Shown here: in pieces, positions 36,853 through 49,546 of the stretch
How the letters are laid out: each line of letters opens with the position of its first letter
How positions within the stretch are numbered: position 1 is the first letter of the stretch
From: Felis catus
Taxonomy: Eukaryota
DNA length: 64,000 nt
Assembly (NCBI RefSeq): GCF_018350175.1
Contig: NC_058368.1
Coordinates: forward strand, 225,372,001 to 225,436,000
Reading direction: 5' to 3'
Program-made: the position numbers and the translations under genes
The notes under the pieces: generated by a model
What the model was told of the DNA's origin: nothing
What the model saw: only the letters and a program-made list of their open reading frames with translations
The model's database searches: none

Positions 36853-36899
36853 AAACATGAGTCATACACGTAAATGCTCTTAACATAGGATTTATGTGT

Positions 36900-37760
36900 T
36901 GATAATGAAAAGAGAGAAAAAAAAGGAACCTAGGTAGAAAAGCACATAAAGAACATACATCAGAAGAAGGATCACTCTGGAAAATCAGGGAAAATATTTG
37001 CAAATTATTCCCCAGAGTCTCAAAGGAACTCAAGATTAAGCGACTTCTTTGAAAAGAGATCTTTCAAAATTTACAAAAAGGGAAAGTAAAGACATTGAGA
37101 GTAGACAGGGGAAAAAGCCAGTCGGCAATGTGTGGGAAGGGAATAGAGGAATAGAATCATTACAAAGCTCAAAGCCACAGCAGAGGCAACAAAGAATAGG
37201 ATAAACAAAATTTAAGACCGTCACAGACTTGGAGAAAAAGTTTGAAGAAATTAAACAGAATAAAAAAGGAAAGAACAATGGTGTAAATAACTAGAAAGAA
37301 CATGGTAAATATAGAAAGTGAGAAAAAGATTCCCAATATACGCATAACTGATGTCCTTGAAAAGATACACAAGTGGAACAGAAAACAATACTACTTCTGA
37401 AATAAAACGTCAGCCCTGCAGATGAAGAGGACACACATCTTCTGTATAAATTTATACAGACCTATTTATATTCTGTCTTATCGTGGAAAATTTACGGAGC
37501 CTCAAGAACAAAGAAATAATTCCTCAGACATTTAGGCTGGAAAAACAAGTTATTTCCAAGAGGAAAAAAAAAATCACTTTAACCTCAGACTTCTTCCCAA
37601 TGGTCAATACCAGAAGCCAGTGGATGATATTTACAAAGTCACACGGGAGAGTGTGATTCTCGAATTTCATATCCAGCCAAACTGTCCTTGAAGGATAAAA
37701 GCGACATACATCTTCAGATATATAGCATCCACGTGACATTTTCAACAAAGACCACTCAAA
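36900..37760 (+). mobile_element. Ancient L1 ORF1 / HAL1-like fragment
   Basis: A-rich degenerate ORF1 motifs (cctcagacttcttc, ccagaagccagtgga, gaatttcatatccagccaaactgtcctt). Confidence 0.7.
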
Positions 37761-37799
37761 TATCCCAGTACAACCCGTATTGCACTACAACTGAATCTA

Positions 37800-38000
37800 A
37801 GAGTCAGACAGCTACTCACTGTGTGACCTTGGTCAAGTTATTTAACCTCTCTGTGACTCAGTTTTTTCTCATCTGTATGGGAGAGTGTCAACCTCAGAAA
37901 ACTGTTACACGAATTAAATGAGATACTACAAGAAAAGTGTTTATCATAATGTTTGGCACTTCATAAGCACTAAATAAATACTATTTATCATCATCATCAT
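37800..38000 (+). mobile_element. MIR
   Basis: ctgtgtgaccttggtcaagttatttaacctctctgtgactcagttttttctcatctgta core. Confidence 0.85.
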
Positions 38001-38064
38001 GGTTAGCAAAAGGTAACAGTATAGGCTAAATTGAAGCAACAATGGGATTATATTTCACTTAAAA

Positions 38065-38258
38065 AAATTTTAAGTTTATTTATTTATTTTGAGAGAGAGA
38101 GAGAGAGAGTGAGCAGGGGAGGGGCAGAGAGAGAGGAAGAGAGAGAGAGAATCCCAAGCAGGCTCTGCACCATCAGCACAGAGACTAACGTGGGGCTTGA
38201 ACTCATGAACCCTAAGACTATGACCTGAGCCAAAACCGAGTTGGGTGCCTAACCAACA
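38065..38258 (-). mobile_element. Carnivore SINE (head truncated)
   Basis: Reverse-complement SINE body. Confidence 0.88.
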
Positions 38259-38327
38259 AAACAGAATATAAATGCTATGAATCCTGTCAATGTATAAAAA
38301 TACATAACCAACAAAAATGGAGGCTTG

Positions 38328-38535
38328 AGGGGCACCAGGGTGGCTCAGTCGGTTCAGTGTCCAACTTCACCTCAGGTCACGATCTTGCGGTTCATGGATT
38401 CGAGCCCCGCGTCAGGCTCTGTGCTGATGGCTCAGAGTCTGGAGCCTGCTTCGGATTCTGTGTCTCCCTCTCTCTCTGCCCCTCCCCTCATGCTCTGTCT
38501 CTCTCTCAAAAATAAATAAAACATTTAAAAATATT
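38328..38535 (+). mobile_element. Carnivore SINE
   Basis: Typical head/body/tail. Confidence 0.92.
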
Positions 38536-38754
38536 TAATTTTTTTTTTTTAACCTGGGAGGGTTAAGAAAAGAAAAAGAAGAGAGGAAGTGTACATTTAC
38601 TAATTTCCTCATTGTTCGCAGCAGGAGGGAAAATAAATAAAATCATATGGGTTACAATAAAGTTTAATCACCTATAAGCTTATTTTTTAATCTTCTTTAC
38701 AAAGTTCTTAAAGCACTAATTTCCAAAGTTTGGTAATTCAGTTAAAATCAGTAT

Positions 38755-38935
38755 TTTTTTAATTTTATATTATTATTATTATTATTATTATTATTTTGAG
38801 AGAGAGAGAGGAACCCCAAGCAGACTCCACATTTGGCATGGAGCTGGACACAGGGCTTGATCCTGTGACCATGAGCTCATGACCCGAGCCAAAATCAAGA
38901 ATTGGATGCTAAACCGAGTCACCCAGGCACCCCCC
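38755..38935 (-). mobile_element. Carnivore SINE with (TAT)n tail
   Basis: TSD-like aaa(a/t)tcagtattttt. Confidence 0.87.
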
Positions 38936-39489
38936 AAATTCAGTATTTTTTCTGTTAAATTCAAAAATTAAATTGTTTTTCACATTGAGCATTGAGCATA
39001 TGATCCCCATTTTGTAAACAAATCTTGTATGGCATAGAGGTATTTGAAATGATATGATTTTATTCCAGATGGTAGCTTTTAGAGTTTTGAGAGGTTTTTT
39101 TTTTTTTCCTTTCGTCTTTAGACTTTCTAATGGCTTGAATTTTTATCGTACACATCTATCACTTTAACAAAAACAGTAAGCTTAATTTTAAAGAACTAAC
39201 ATGCTTTCATTTTCATGCATGAAGTTTTTTACTTGAGGCCCAAAAAAGTATTAATTCAGCTATAAACACACGAAGTTCAATTCCACTGACTTCCAACAGG
39301 ACAAGAGTTTGGCCGGGAAATAGCACACTCGTTTTTTAAAAGTATTTGTTTTTCTGCTGTCGTTGTAATTGAGAAATTACCTACCAACAAATCCAATCTT
39401 TGCGAACATAGAGAAAGCCCAAGCTGTCATGAAGAATGTGACATTTGCTTCACTGTGATAATTGCTGCACTCTCATACTTGTTTGTGTA

Positions 39490-39692
39490 AAGTTTATTTA
39501 TTCCTTTTGAGAGAGAGAGAGCGTGCCCGAGCAGAGGAGGGGCAGGGAGAGAGCGAGAGAGAGAATCTCAAGCAGGCTCTGTGATGACAGTGCGGAGTCA
39601 GAGGCAGGGCTCGATCCCACGAACCGTGAGATTGTGACCTGAGCTGAAATCAAGAGTTGGACGTTCAACCGACTGAGCCAACCAGGCGCCCC
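39490..39692 (-). mobile_element. Carnivore SINE
   Basis: Reverse-complement SINE ending caggcgcccc. Confidence 0.92.
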
Positions 39693-39864
39693 TTAAAAAA
39701 GGTTTTTAAAGAGAACTAAGCAGTAAGTAGATAAAGAAGTTTCTTAAGCCCTTTGAGTACGGCAGCTGTGAGCTAGGACGGACAGGGTTTGCTCAGATCC
39801 ACGCTTCTCAAGCCTGGCTGCATTTAGGACTTACTCCAAGAGCTTGTTAACTATACTGACACGA

Positions 39865-40100
39865 TGCTGCAGTGTTCAGAGGGAGTATACTGATGTGTGT
39901 CATTTACTCTGAAATGTGGCACGAGATAAATAACTACGGCGCTAGACGTGTGAGAAGGCAGGGATAGAAAGATGTTAACCTAGAAGCTAGGTGTGGAGTA
40001 TACATGTGTTCACCCTAAAATTCTTTTATTTATTGATTGATTGATTGATTGATTGCATGTTTGGACCTTTCCATCATAAATGTTGGGGGAAAAAGAAATA
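39865..40100 (+). mobile_element. Old L1 (L1ME-like) extreme 3' end
   Basis: gtatactgatgtgtgtcatttactctgaaatg...tatacatgtgttcac...catcataaatgttggggg. Confidence 0.6.
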
Positions 40101-40104
40101 TTAG

Positions 40105-40318
40105 GGGGGCGCCTGGGTGGCACAGTCGGTTAAGCGTCCGACTTCAGCCAGGTCACGATCTCGCGGTCCGGGAGTTCGAGCCCCGCGTCGGGCTCTGGGC
40201 TGATGGCTCAGAGCCTGGAGCCTGCTTCCGATTCTGTGTCTCCCTCTCTCTGGCCCTCCCCCGTTCATGCTCTGTCTCTCTCTGTCCCAAAAATAAATAA
40301 ACGTTGAAAAAAAATTTA
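40105..40318 (+). mobile_element. Young felid-type SINE
   Basis: TSD aaaaagaaatattag. Confidence 0.95.
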
Positions 40319-40816
40319 AAAAAGAAATATTAGAAAACATAGCATACTTGCATGAAGAAGGGAAATGGTGGACCGCAAAGTACAATGGAAACCACTGAAG
40401 ACTGAATTAGTAAATTAGATTCAGGAACTGTCCCGGGGGGGGAGGGGGGGGGGAATAAACCAACAAACAACAAACAAACAGGAAAGAAGAGAGATTTAAA
40501 AAACATGAAATGATGAGATGCACGGGATGGTGGCAAGTATGAGGAATCCCAGAAAGACAGATAAATGAAAATCCCGAAAAAGATCTATGGGAAAAAATAA
40601 AGGAGATTTGAAAGACACGGATGAAAACACCACCCCCCGCGGACGCCGGTTTCGCTCTGCCCGCCTTCCCTTGTCGGTGAAATCGGAGGTGCTGAGGCAC
40701 CGGACTGTTTCGTGCTCCCTCTGTTTCTTCACTGCGACGGCCGGGGGGTGAGAGCTGCTAGCCTCAAAGAGGGAGGGAGGCTTGGACATCAACACGCGTT
40801 AGAAACAAACAGGTTT

Positions 40817-41020
40817 GGGGGCGCCTGGGTGACTCAATCAGTTAAGGGTCCGACCCTTGATTTCCGCTCAGGTCAGGATTGGTGAGATCAAGTCCCAGGT
40901 CAGGCTCTGCACTGATGGCAAGGAGCTTGCTTCAGAGTCTCTCTCGCTCGCTGCCCTTCCCTCGCTCATGTGTGTGCTCTCTCTCTCTCTCACTCTCTCT
41001 CAAATAAACTTTTAAAAAAA
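40817..41020 (+). mobile_element. Carnivore SINE (older)
   Basis: gggggcgcctgggtgactcaatc head. Confidence 0.88.
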
Positions 41021-41847
41021 GCCTTTTTTAAAACCTTAGACAAACGAGAGGTAATGTCTAAGTGCAACATAAAGTCAGTGCAAGCTGAGCGAATCAGTAT
41101 GATGTGAAACCCCAGAAAAAAGACGAACAAAAACCGCGTCTTGCACATTGTTTGGACGGGTAACCGATAGGAAAGGAAACGGTCGCGTTGGTTTAGCTCA
41201 GTGTGTCTCAAATGGCAGCTTTTCTCTGGATATGTTGCTGTGGGTAGTGGGAGAGAGTTTCTTTGCTGGCACTGTGGGCTCAAAGGGATTCTTCCCGCCG
41301 GGCTGCTCAGTCACCTCCCAAGACTGTCAGCTGCCACCTCTAGGCCCAGCCAAGCTGCCCCGTAGTCCTCACGCTATATAAATCATAAGGCTTTCACGAC
41401 AGCGGATACAACAATTTGAGGAACCCCCTTCCAAGTGGGGTAAATGGATGCCCCCAATGGCTTTCGAGGAGCCCATCGATCTTGTGACATTGGCCCTAAA
41501 ACAAAACATGAGTTTGGATGACTTAACAGCATTGCTTTCATCAGGGATGTATCTAAAGTTATCCTGCTGAGTACAATCGTCCAAGGACTTCACGCACACG
41601 CTTTGTTAATCGATTCTAAGTGTTTGGTCTTCTGATGGGCAAAAAAAGAACCCACACTTGTATGCTTACTGAATTCTGCCAACCTCGGGGTTCTGAGACG
41701 TTGCACACCGCATCTGTGAGCAGCCAATGTGCTGTGTATCTGGCCCAAATTTTTCACATACCCGTAGGTTTATTATAAATCTTACAGTGCCATGAAACAG
41801 AATGCTGTTGTTAATAACATCAACTCACATCAGAATACGTGCTCTTA

Positions 41848-42068
41848 GGGGCATCTGGGTGGCTCAGTCGGTTGAGCGTCCGACTTAGGCTCAGGTCATG
41901 ATCTCGGGGTCCGTGGGTTCCAGCCCCGCGTCGGGCTCTGTGCTGACAGCTCAGAGCCTGGAGCCTGCTTCCGATTCTGTGTCTCCCTCGCTCTCTCAGC
42001 CCCTCCCCTCCTCATGCTCTGCCTCTCTCTCTCTCTCTCAAAAACAAATAAAAACATTAAAAAATATA
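41848..42068 (+). mobile_element. Carnivore SINE
   Basis: TSD agaatac(g/a)tgctctta. Confidence 0.94.
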
Positions 42069-42439
42069 AGAATACATGCTCTTACTCTCTCATTTCCTTT
42101 CTTTTACTAGAACACTGCTTGCTCTACATTTCGTTAGATGTTCCAAACCATGAAATCGCATATTCGAACAGTTAACATGTGCTGAATACTGGCATTTCTA
42201 CTCTTTTAACTATAAGAATAACTTCCTTTCAAGAAGTGCAACACCGTTCATGTGTATACATGCGTCTCTTCTCGCTTACTCACTACACATTGGACAACAA
42301 ACATCAGCATTCCTTTTAAATCCTAAGCAAACGCTGAGGGGGGAACATACCTCGCTGGCTGGCAGGCGATTTTCCTTTCCTAGCAGCCGGCTTTCCAATT
42401 TCCCAACCAGATTTCTGCCCAACAAGCACACAAATTCAC

Positions 42440-42700
42440 CTTGTTCCCCTTTGTGGGAAAGGAAGTTGAACAAAGAGCCATTCCGAGGTTTGGGTAACTT
42501 CACGCCGCCCGGGAAAATGGCGGCAGAATTGTGACTGTGCTTTGCTCTGATGCTGCCTCCTAGGGGTTTTGTTCATGGGAACACCAGGCCTGGCCGGTGC
42601 CGGAGGAGGAGTAGACTCCACGAGACAAGCTCGGGGACCCAGGCACTCAGGGACACCGTCCCGTCTCCTCCTGCCCCCACTCCCAGAAAAAAACAAAACA
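42440..42700 (-). promoter_or_regulatory. GC-rich candidate promoter/enhancer with a YY1 motif
   Basis: AAAATGGCGGC at 42514-42524 (GCCGCCATTTT on minus), local CpGs, minus-strand donors at 42440 and 42351. Confidence 0.3.
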
Positions 42701-44448
42701 AAACAAAACAGAAACACCTCCAAAGAGAAGAACACCCCATGTGGGAGAGCTGTCAGAAAGACGAAGGTGAGCAAAGAAAGAAAAAAAGGAGGAGCCTGTT
42801 GAAAATATCCGACAGCCTCATGAGGCAGGGATTATTAAATTCAGCTTCTTGCTTTCATGAAACGGGCTGGTTCCATCAAGACCACTGTTGCAACAGAGTT
42901 CCGTGTGTTCGAGTCTGCGAGAGGCGAACAAGAGTGTGCAGGCCTGTGGATCTCCGGTCGGGCTCGGTTTTGTCTTGTTCACTCTTCTGAGGTAACCATT
43001 TCACTTCCGAAGGAAGCTGAAATTCCTCTGGGCTGGTCCAGAGCAGGTTAGTAGAAGTATTTTGCAATGTGGCATCTTCTAGAAGCGTGGGGCTTTACAA
43101 GAAGATGACTCACGTTCAGCCACAGGCGACTCACGTTCCTGTTCTTAACTGACCCCGTATTACACATGGGGATTTGAAAAATGGAAAGAGTTCGGAAGAC
43201 TTGGTGGCACCTCAGAATCAAAGAGAGAGGCTGTCTTCCGACCAACTGGACCCATCCCACGGCTTCTGAGTGTCACCGAACGGATAAAATAAAATTTTCT
43301 TTTTGTCACAGGCAGAGACATAGACCCAGGGAGTTCTTTATCCAAAGTTAAAAGATTTCTTTCACCAGAAACAACCCCTGCCTCATCCCAAGCCAACCCG
43401 CACCAGTTACCTTATGATATATATTTTTTAATTCAACGCAAATAATCGTGATATTGACAGGCTGATTGACGTAACTTAAGCTGCCTTACTTGCAAGAAAC
43501 AAAAAAGAATTCCTTTTGAGGAACTACACGTTAAAAAGGGAACACAGCCCTTTGGTCTAATGCCAAGGGGAATTCGACGTAAAATGGATGTTGAGCCGAC
43601 AGCTCTATTAACCTCAGAAAATTTTGCACAAAATGGCTTGGCGTTCCGCGGAGGCCAGGAAGATCCGGGAAGGAAGGCTTGGTTTCCTCTTTCTCCTGAT
43701 TCAGAGTCCTGCTCCAGACTCAGAAGAAAGATCTTATCATGGCCCTTAGAAAAAGCTTCATTGTTACCGTGGTCCTCGTTTTCTCGGTGCCCGGAAAGGA
43801 AAAGAAATAACATGTAAAGTTCACTCCTGCTTGTCAGCTGTTTGCAGCCAAGAGTTCATTCCTTACCAACGTTTTCTGAACCTGTGCGAATATTTCAAAG
43901 GATTAAAGGCTGACTCAGGTTGTCTCAAGGATCGGGAATCCCCCAATAAAATTCCCGTCTCCCAACTACCCAGCACCATCGGCTGTAGCGGTATTCACAA
44001 GTTCTCAAATAATGTAGGACTTCTATACTACTTATCGCTTCTGCCGATAAAATCAGACATTAAACAGGTTCTACTAAGTGAGGCAAAGCTTTCTTTCATT
44101 CGGTATCCTTATATGAACATTGCTGATTTCCAGTCTGATTGGATTAGAAGCCGAGAACATGGCCTCGAAACTTACTTTTTTGGGAATTGATTTCAGTTCT
44201 CTTTGTGGTCAGTTACATGATTGGATGCGGTTAAGTGCCCAGAGCCATAAAAGAACATACATTTTCGGTAGGATATAAAGTCCTATACATAACTCTATTA
44301 TGTTGAGGGTGTTCATAAATTTTTTCAAACTCTATTCCTCCATATTTTTTTTGATCTGCTTGGTCTATTAACCTCTGAAAGAGATATATTGAAATCCCCC
44401 AGAACAATGTTTTTGTTTGTTTTTACGTTTTCTTGATATATCGATGTA

Positions 44449-44669
44449 TTTTTTTAAATTTTTTTTAACGTTTATTTATTTTTGAGACAGAGAGAGACAG
44501 AGCATGAACAGGGGAGGGGCAGAGAGACAGGGAGACACAGCATCTGAAACAGGCTCCAGGCTCTGAGCTGTCAGCACAGAGCCCGACGCGGGGCTTGAAC
44601 TCACGGACCGTGAGATCATGACCTGAGCCGAAGTCCGACGCTTAACCGACCAAGCCACCCAGGCGCCCC
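44449..44669 (-). mobile_element. Carnivore SINE within an old antisense L1 fragment
   Basis: TSD atatcgatgtattttt; flanking ctgaaagagatatattgaaatcccc resembles antisense L1 ORF2. Confidence 0.93.
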
Positions 44670-46864
44670 ATATCGATGTATTTTTACTTTGTATATTCAG
44701 CTTTCATGCTTCATGGTTAGCCATTTGGTTAAATGACATGGGGGTTATCACATGTAAAGACAGCACTATTTTCTCTGAATTATTTTGGACAAAACCTGAA
44801 AAAAAAATGCGAGTAAAACAAGTTTTTCATACTTCAAACAAATGTTGCTATGCTGGAACTAAAATTAAACAGTACTTAAAACACTGAGAAATATGAAAAA
44901 ATTAAGAATTGCTCTGTTAAGGAGGTGGATTATTAATTATTCTCTAAATTCTCTAAACAACTTCAATTTGAGAATAAAGTAGGGGTGCCTGGCTACTGTC
45001 TCTGGGCAACAATTAATTCCATTCAGAACGACCCATATCTAGTCATCTGTATTGTTTTTCTGAAGATGAGGAGTCATCAAAAATGCTCAGTGAGTTGGAG
45101 GAAGAAGAAACACATGAAATTCTTTGGCTTCTTCTCAGTGACCTCTTTCCTGCTTCAGGGAACAGCATGACTTAGGTTCAAAGAGGTTGGAGCAAACTGA
45201 TACATTTTTGTAAATGTTAGAAATAGGAAGTTGAGAAAGACTTAATAGACTAGAAGCTACAAGGCAGTCCTTCAACTGATCTTGGTAAATCAACACTGCT
45301 TTGCATTTGGACTTGACTTTTTGAGGAATCAAATAATGTCTGCATCAATCCCAAGCAACAGAAGAATGTTGTCAGTAGAGGAATTCAGTCAGTATATGGC
45401 CATGGCTTCTCCTGTCCTTGAGGACAAGAACCTAACTATTTCCAATATTCTACTGCCCTGGAAATGGCAATAGGTGCTTTTCTCTCTGTTGTTGACATAG
45501 GCAGGGACAATCAAGGCAATTCTGTCCGTAAATGGCCCTTCGTCATTTTTAGTGACAGCTGGAGGTCTTTAGAAACTTCTCTCAGAAGGTGCAGCAGGAT
45601 GTCAAAGGAATTGCAACTTTTAGCAGGAATCTCAGAGTGCCAAGTTCAACACATGGTTGAAAGATGTTTAGTCCCTAATCAAGCAAATGGGACCAAGATG
45701 GTCCGAGAGTCTGCAGAGGGTGCCCAGTCTATAACCCAAGAAGGAGCTGTCTACATTTCTCCAAAGAGTAGAGAGGCAGCTTTTTTATGTTTAACTGCAC
45801 ACCAAATAGGAATGCTCTAGACACAGATCACCTAGCAAGGAAAAACACAGAAAAGAAAGAAATTATTGCTCAGGCAATGGTAGTATAATTCTATTTGCCC
45901 TTACCTACACCTAGAGCAAGGGAAAGAACTGCCTCCAACCTTCCGTATAACAAGAGGTTTTATTTAACTACGTGAAACTTTAGTGTGTAAAGGCAAATTT
46001 TTCCTTTGATGAAGTAAAGGTAATTACCAATTCCTTTCTAACCATTTCCCTCTGTATTTGACACTCCATCTCCTTCCAAAACTGCAAAAAGGTAGAAAAA
46101 AAAATTGTGGGTAGTTGCCGATTCTGGAGAAGAAGGAACTCTCCCCGGAAAAGTGAAGAGAGTACCATCCGAGGTCACTGTTGATGGGACAAGTCAACTT
46201 CTGACCCACCAGACGGGCCACAGAACTGGAGGAGGTGGTGATTCTGTCATATGTGTGTGTGTTTTTCATTTAAATTGAACTGTGCCTTCCTGGGCCAAGT
46301 CAGGATCCAAAGTGTTCAGAGAAAGTAGAACTTCATGGGATATTTTGAGTCCAAACAGAAACAGGAAATTCCATTGACCTCTGGAGAGAGAACAAGTTCC
46401 CTTGAGAAGTTCTCACTTAGTTTTCCGTATTGAATGACTTCTGGATAGTTCAAATGACATCCTGAACCACACGCAAACAATCCCAACATATCCCTAGTGT
46501 TGAGTAAAGTTCAAACAGCCCAAAATTGTTTTAAAACTTGGCATGTATCGAACTGCAAATGAGCAAAGTTAAATGCTGAAGTCACAGAAAAGATGAGGGT
46601 GGTTATTCATATTATTTATGAAAACTTGCCTACCGGAACAATTCGAACATTGAAACATTTTATTAGGTATAATATCTTAAAGTCTCTTATTCAAATAAAT
46701 ACGCTGTAAGTCACAGGAGGTGGTACTTGATGGCAATAAGAACTGTAAATCGTCTGGCTCGGTTAATTACCTATCACTTACCAGAATGTAAATGAGGGAA
46801 GGAGAGAAGAGAAATAACATCTACGTAGCTCTTTCCATATGCCTACATTCAGCTGGGTTTTTTA

Positions 46865-47040
46865 GGTCACTTCTGTTGTTGAAGTCTCATAACGTTTTGA
46901 TAAAGAAATAAAATATTTATCACTTTCAAAAATGTTACAGTTAAGAGAATCGAAGCTGAGAGATGTTAATAGCTTTACACACAGCTAAGAAGAATCTGGT
47001 TTTGAATCCAGGCTGGTCTGATTCCAAATCCGGCCAGGCT
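46865..47040 (-). mobile_element. MIR
   Basis: acacagctaagaag...ggttttgaatccaggctggtctgattccaaa. Confidence 0.65.
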
Positions 47041-47117
47041 AGTGTCCATCTAATATTTGAAGGAGGAAAGGAATACGAAGAGAATAGAGCAGTGCTGTCC
47101 AATAAAAATAGAATGTG

Positions 47118-47589
47118 CGGCAAACCAAGAAACAAACAAACCAAGTTAACAGTGCTCTTAACTTTAGAGAACAAACTGATGGTTGCCAGAGAGGAGGTGG
47201 GTTGGGGGGGATGGGTGAAATAGCTGATGGGGATTAAGAGTACACTTACGATGGGGGCGCCTGGGTGGCTCAGTTGGTTAAGCTTCTGACTGTGGCTCAG
47301 GTCATGATCTCACGGTCTGTGAGACCTGCGTTGGGCTCTGTGTTGACAGCTCACAGCCTGGAGCCTGCTTCGGATTCTGTGTCTCCTTCTTTCTCTGTCC
47401 TTCCCCCACTCTCTCTCTATCTCTCAAAAATAAACATTAAAAAATTAAAGAAAAAAAAAAGAGTACACTTACGATGAGCCCTAAGTAATGTATAGAATTG
47501 TTGAATCACCATATTGTATGCCTGAAACTAACGAAGCACGTTTGTTAACTATACTGGGCTTAAAATTAAAAACTTAATAAAAATTTTTA
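47118..47589 (+). mobile_element. Carnivore L1 3' UTR fragment
   Basis: gagaacaaactgatggttgccagagaggagg...tgttgaatcaccatattgtatgcctgaaactaa; TSD aaaaatagaatgtg. Confidence 0.88.
47254..47458 (+). mobile_element. Carnivore SINE nested in L1
   Basis: Perfect TSD aagagtacacttacgatg. Confidence 0.94.
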
Positions 47590-48024
47590 AAAAATAGAAT
47601 GTGAGACACATGTAATTTAAATTTTTTTGTAACCACATTAATAAGGTAAAAAGAAGCAAGTGAAATTAATTTTAGAAATGTATTTTGTTTACCCCAATGT
47701 ATCCAAAAATGCTACCATTTCAACATGTAATCAGTATGCCAATTATTTCCGAGACAATTTATGACACAAGTTACATTCTTTTTTCATCCTAGGACTTTGA
47801 AATCCAGTATATATTTTTACGTTTATAACTCATCTTAATTTGGACTAACCACATTTTAAGTGTTCAACAGCCACATGTGGCTAGTGGCTACCATAGTGAA
47901 CAGCACCACCCTGGAGCATGGATTTCTTAACAGATTTATACCATTCAGAAATTTGATCATTATAAATTTTGTCTTCACATAAGTGGCTTATTAAAATATT
48001 GATCAAGATAAGTTTCTCAAAAAG

Positions 48025-48630
48025 CGTTAAGCCTAGAGTTACAACATGGCCCGGCAATCTCACTTGTAGGCATATACCCAAGAGAAAAGAAATAAATGAA
48101 AACGTTTCAGAGAGAAATGAAACCATATATCTCCCCCCAAATTTGTACCCAAATGTTCACACCGGCATTATTCAAAATAGTCAAAAAGTAGAAATGACAC
48201 AAATGTCTATCAACTGATCGATGGGTAAGTAAAATGTGTTATGCCCATAGAATGGAATATTATTTAGCAATAAAAAGGAATAAAGTGCTGACATATACCA
48301 TAACATCAGCAAACCTTAAAAGTATTACGCTAAGTGAAAGAAGCCAATCACCAAAAAGCACATATTATATGATCCCATTTATATGAAATATTCAGAATAG
48401 ACAAATCAATAAAGACTGAAAGTTGGTTAGTGGATACCTAGGGCTGGGAAGGTTGGGACGATATGGGGAGTGACTGCTCATGGGGACAGAGTTTCTTTTG
48501 GGAGTGGTGAAAATGTCTAAGAGTGATCGTGGTGATGGTTATAGATATAAGAAAACACTGACTTGTACAATTTAAATAGGTAAATTGTGTATATGTTAAT
48601 TATATCCCAATGAAGTTGTCATATAAAAGA
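48025..48630 (+). mobile_element. L1MB-like 3' end
   Basis: taggcatatacccaagagaa...caaatgtctatcaactgat...gctaagtgaaagaagcca...gtttcttttgggagtggtgaaaatgt. Confidence 0.87.
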
Positions 48631-49111
48631 AATAAGTAACTTACCCGAACCCTCAAAAAATATTGAGCAAGGCAAAAGCTTAAATAGAACTTTCTAAGTA
48701 GATATTTATCTGTTCATCAATAATCATTAGGTATGTTGGTTCTAAAACTACCAGCTCTCCTACCTGTACTGCTGTAATTCTATGTTCCTAGTCTTATCTT
48801 CGAGGAAAGGATCCATTCAGCTAATCCCTAGGGTGAAATAGCTTGCAGTCAAGCACTTCATTAAATGATCGAGATAGGGTCCCTGCCCAATAGCGCTTGT
48901 GGTCTAGAGAAGTTGTCGTGAGAGAAACAAACAAATATAAGCCACTGGGAATAGACATATAATGGAGAGTCTATATAGAGACTCACAGGATGCTCTTAGG
49001 AAAGTAAGATAAATGAAGCATTTCCTGGATCTACCAGTGCACGGCACTGATTAAATTAAAGCAAAGAATGGATTAAAATAATTGGTCATGGCTTTTTAAA
49101 AAACGTTTTGA

Positions 49112-49325
49112 GGGGCGCCTGGGTGGCTCAGTCGGTTAAGCATCCGACTTCGGCTCAGGTCATGATCTCACGGTCTGGTCAGTGAGTTCGAGCCCCGCGT
49201 CAGGCTCTGTACTGACAGCTCAGAGCCTGGAGCCTGTTTCATATTCTGTGTCTCCCTCTCTCTCTGACCCTCTCCCGTTCATACTCTCTCTCCCTGTCCC
49301 AAAAATAAATAAACGTTAAAAAAAA
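49112..49325 (+). mobile_element. Carnivore SINE
   Basis: Typical head/body/tail. Confidence 0.94.
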
Positions 49326-49340
49326 TTAAAAAAAAAAAAG

Positions 49341-49546
49341 TTTTGAATGTTTATTTTTCAGAGAGCGTGTGTGTGGGCACGCAAGTGGGGGAGGGGCAGC
49401 TAGCGAGGGAGACACAGAATCCAAAGCAGGCTCCAGACTCTGAGCTGACAGCACAGAGCCCGATGTGGGGCTCGAACTCACAGACCGCGAGATCATGACC
49501 TGAGCCAAACTCGGACATGGAACCAAGTGAGCCACCCAGGTGCCCC
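49341..49546 (-). mobile_element. Carnivore SINE, tail-to-tail with previous copy
   Basis: Reverse-complement SINE ending caggtgcccc. Confidence 0.92.

Larger units (their letters stand above)
47090..47908 (+). mobile_element. MER33 hAT-Charlie element split by a nested L1 and SINE
   Basis: cagtgctgtccaata start; resumes at 47604 and ends cagccacatgtggctagtggctaccatagtgaacagcac. Confidence 0.85.

Noticed and set aside
45000..45820. Coding-looking stretch (SEDEESSKMLSELEEEETHEILWLL... and ORF 45464-45820), possible old pseudogene
   Set aside because: No frame matched a protein I know and I saw no polyA/TSD; a TBLASTX search would settle it.
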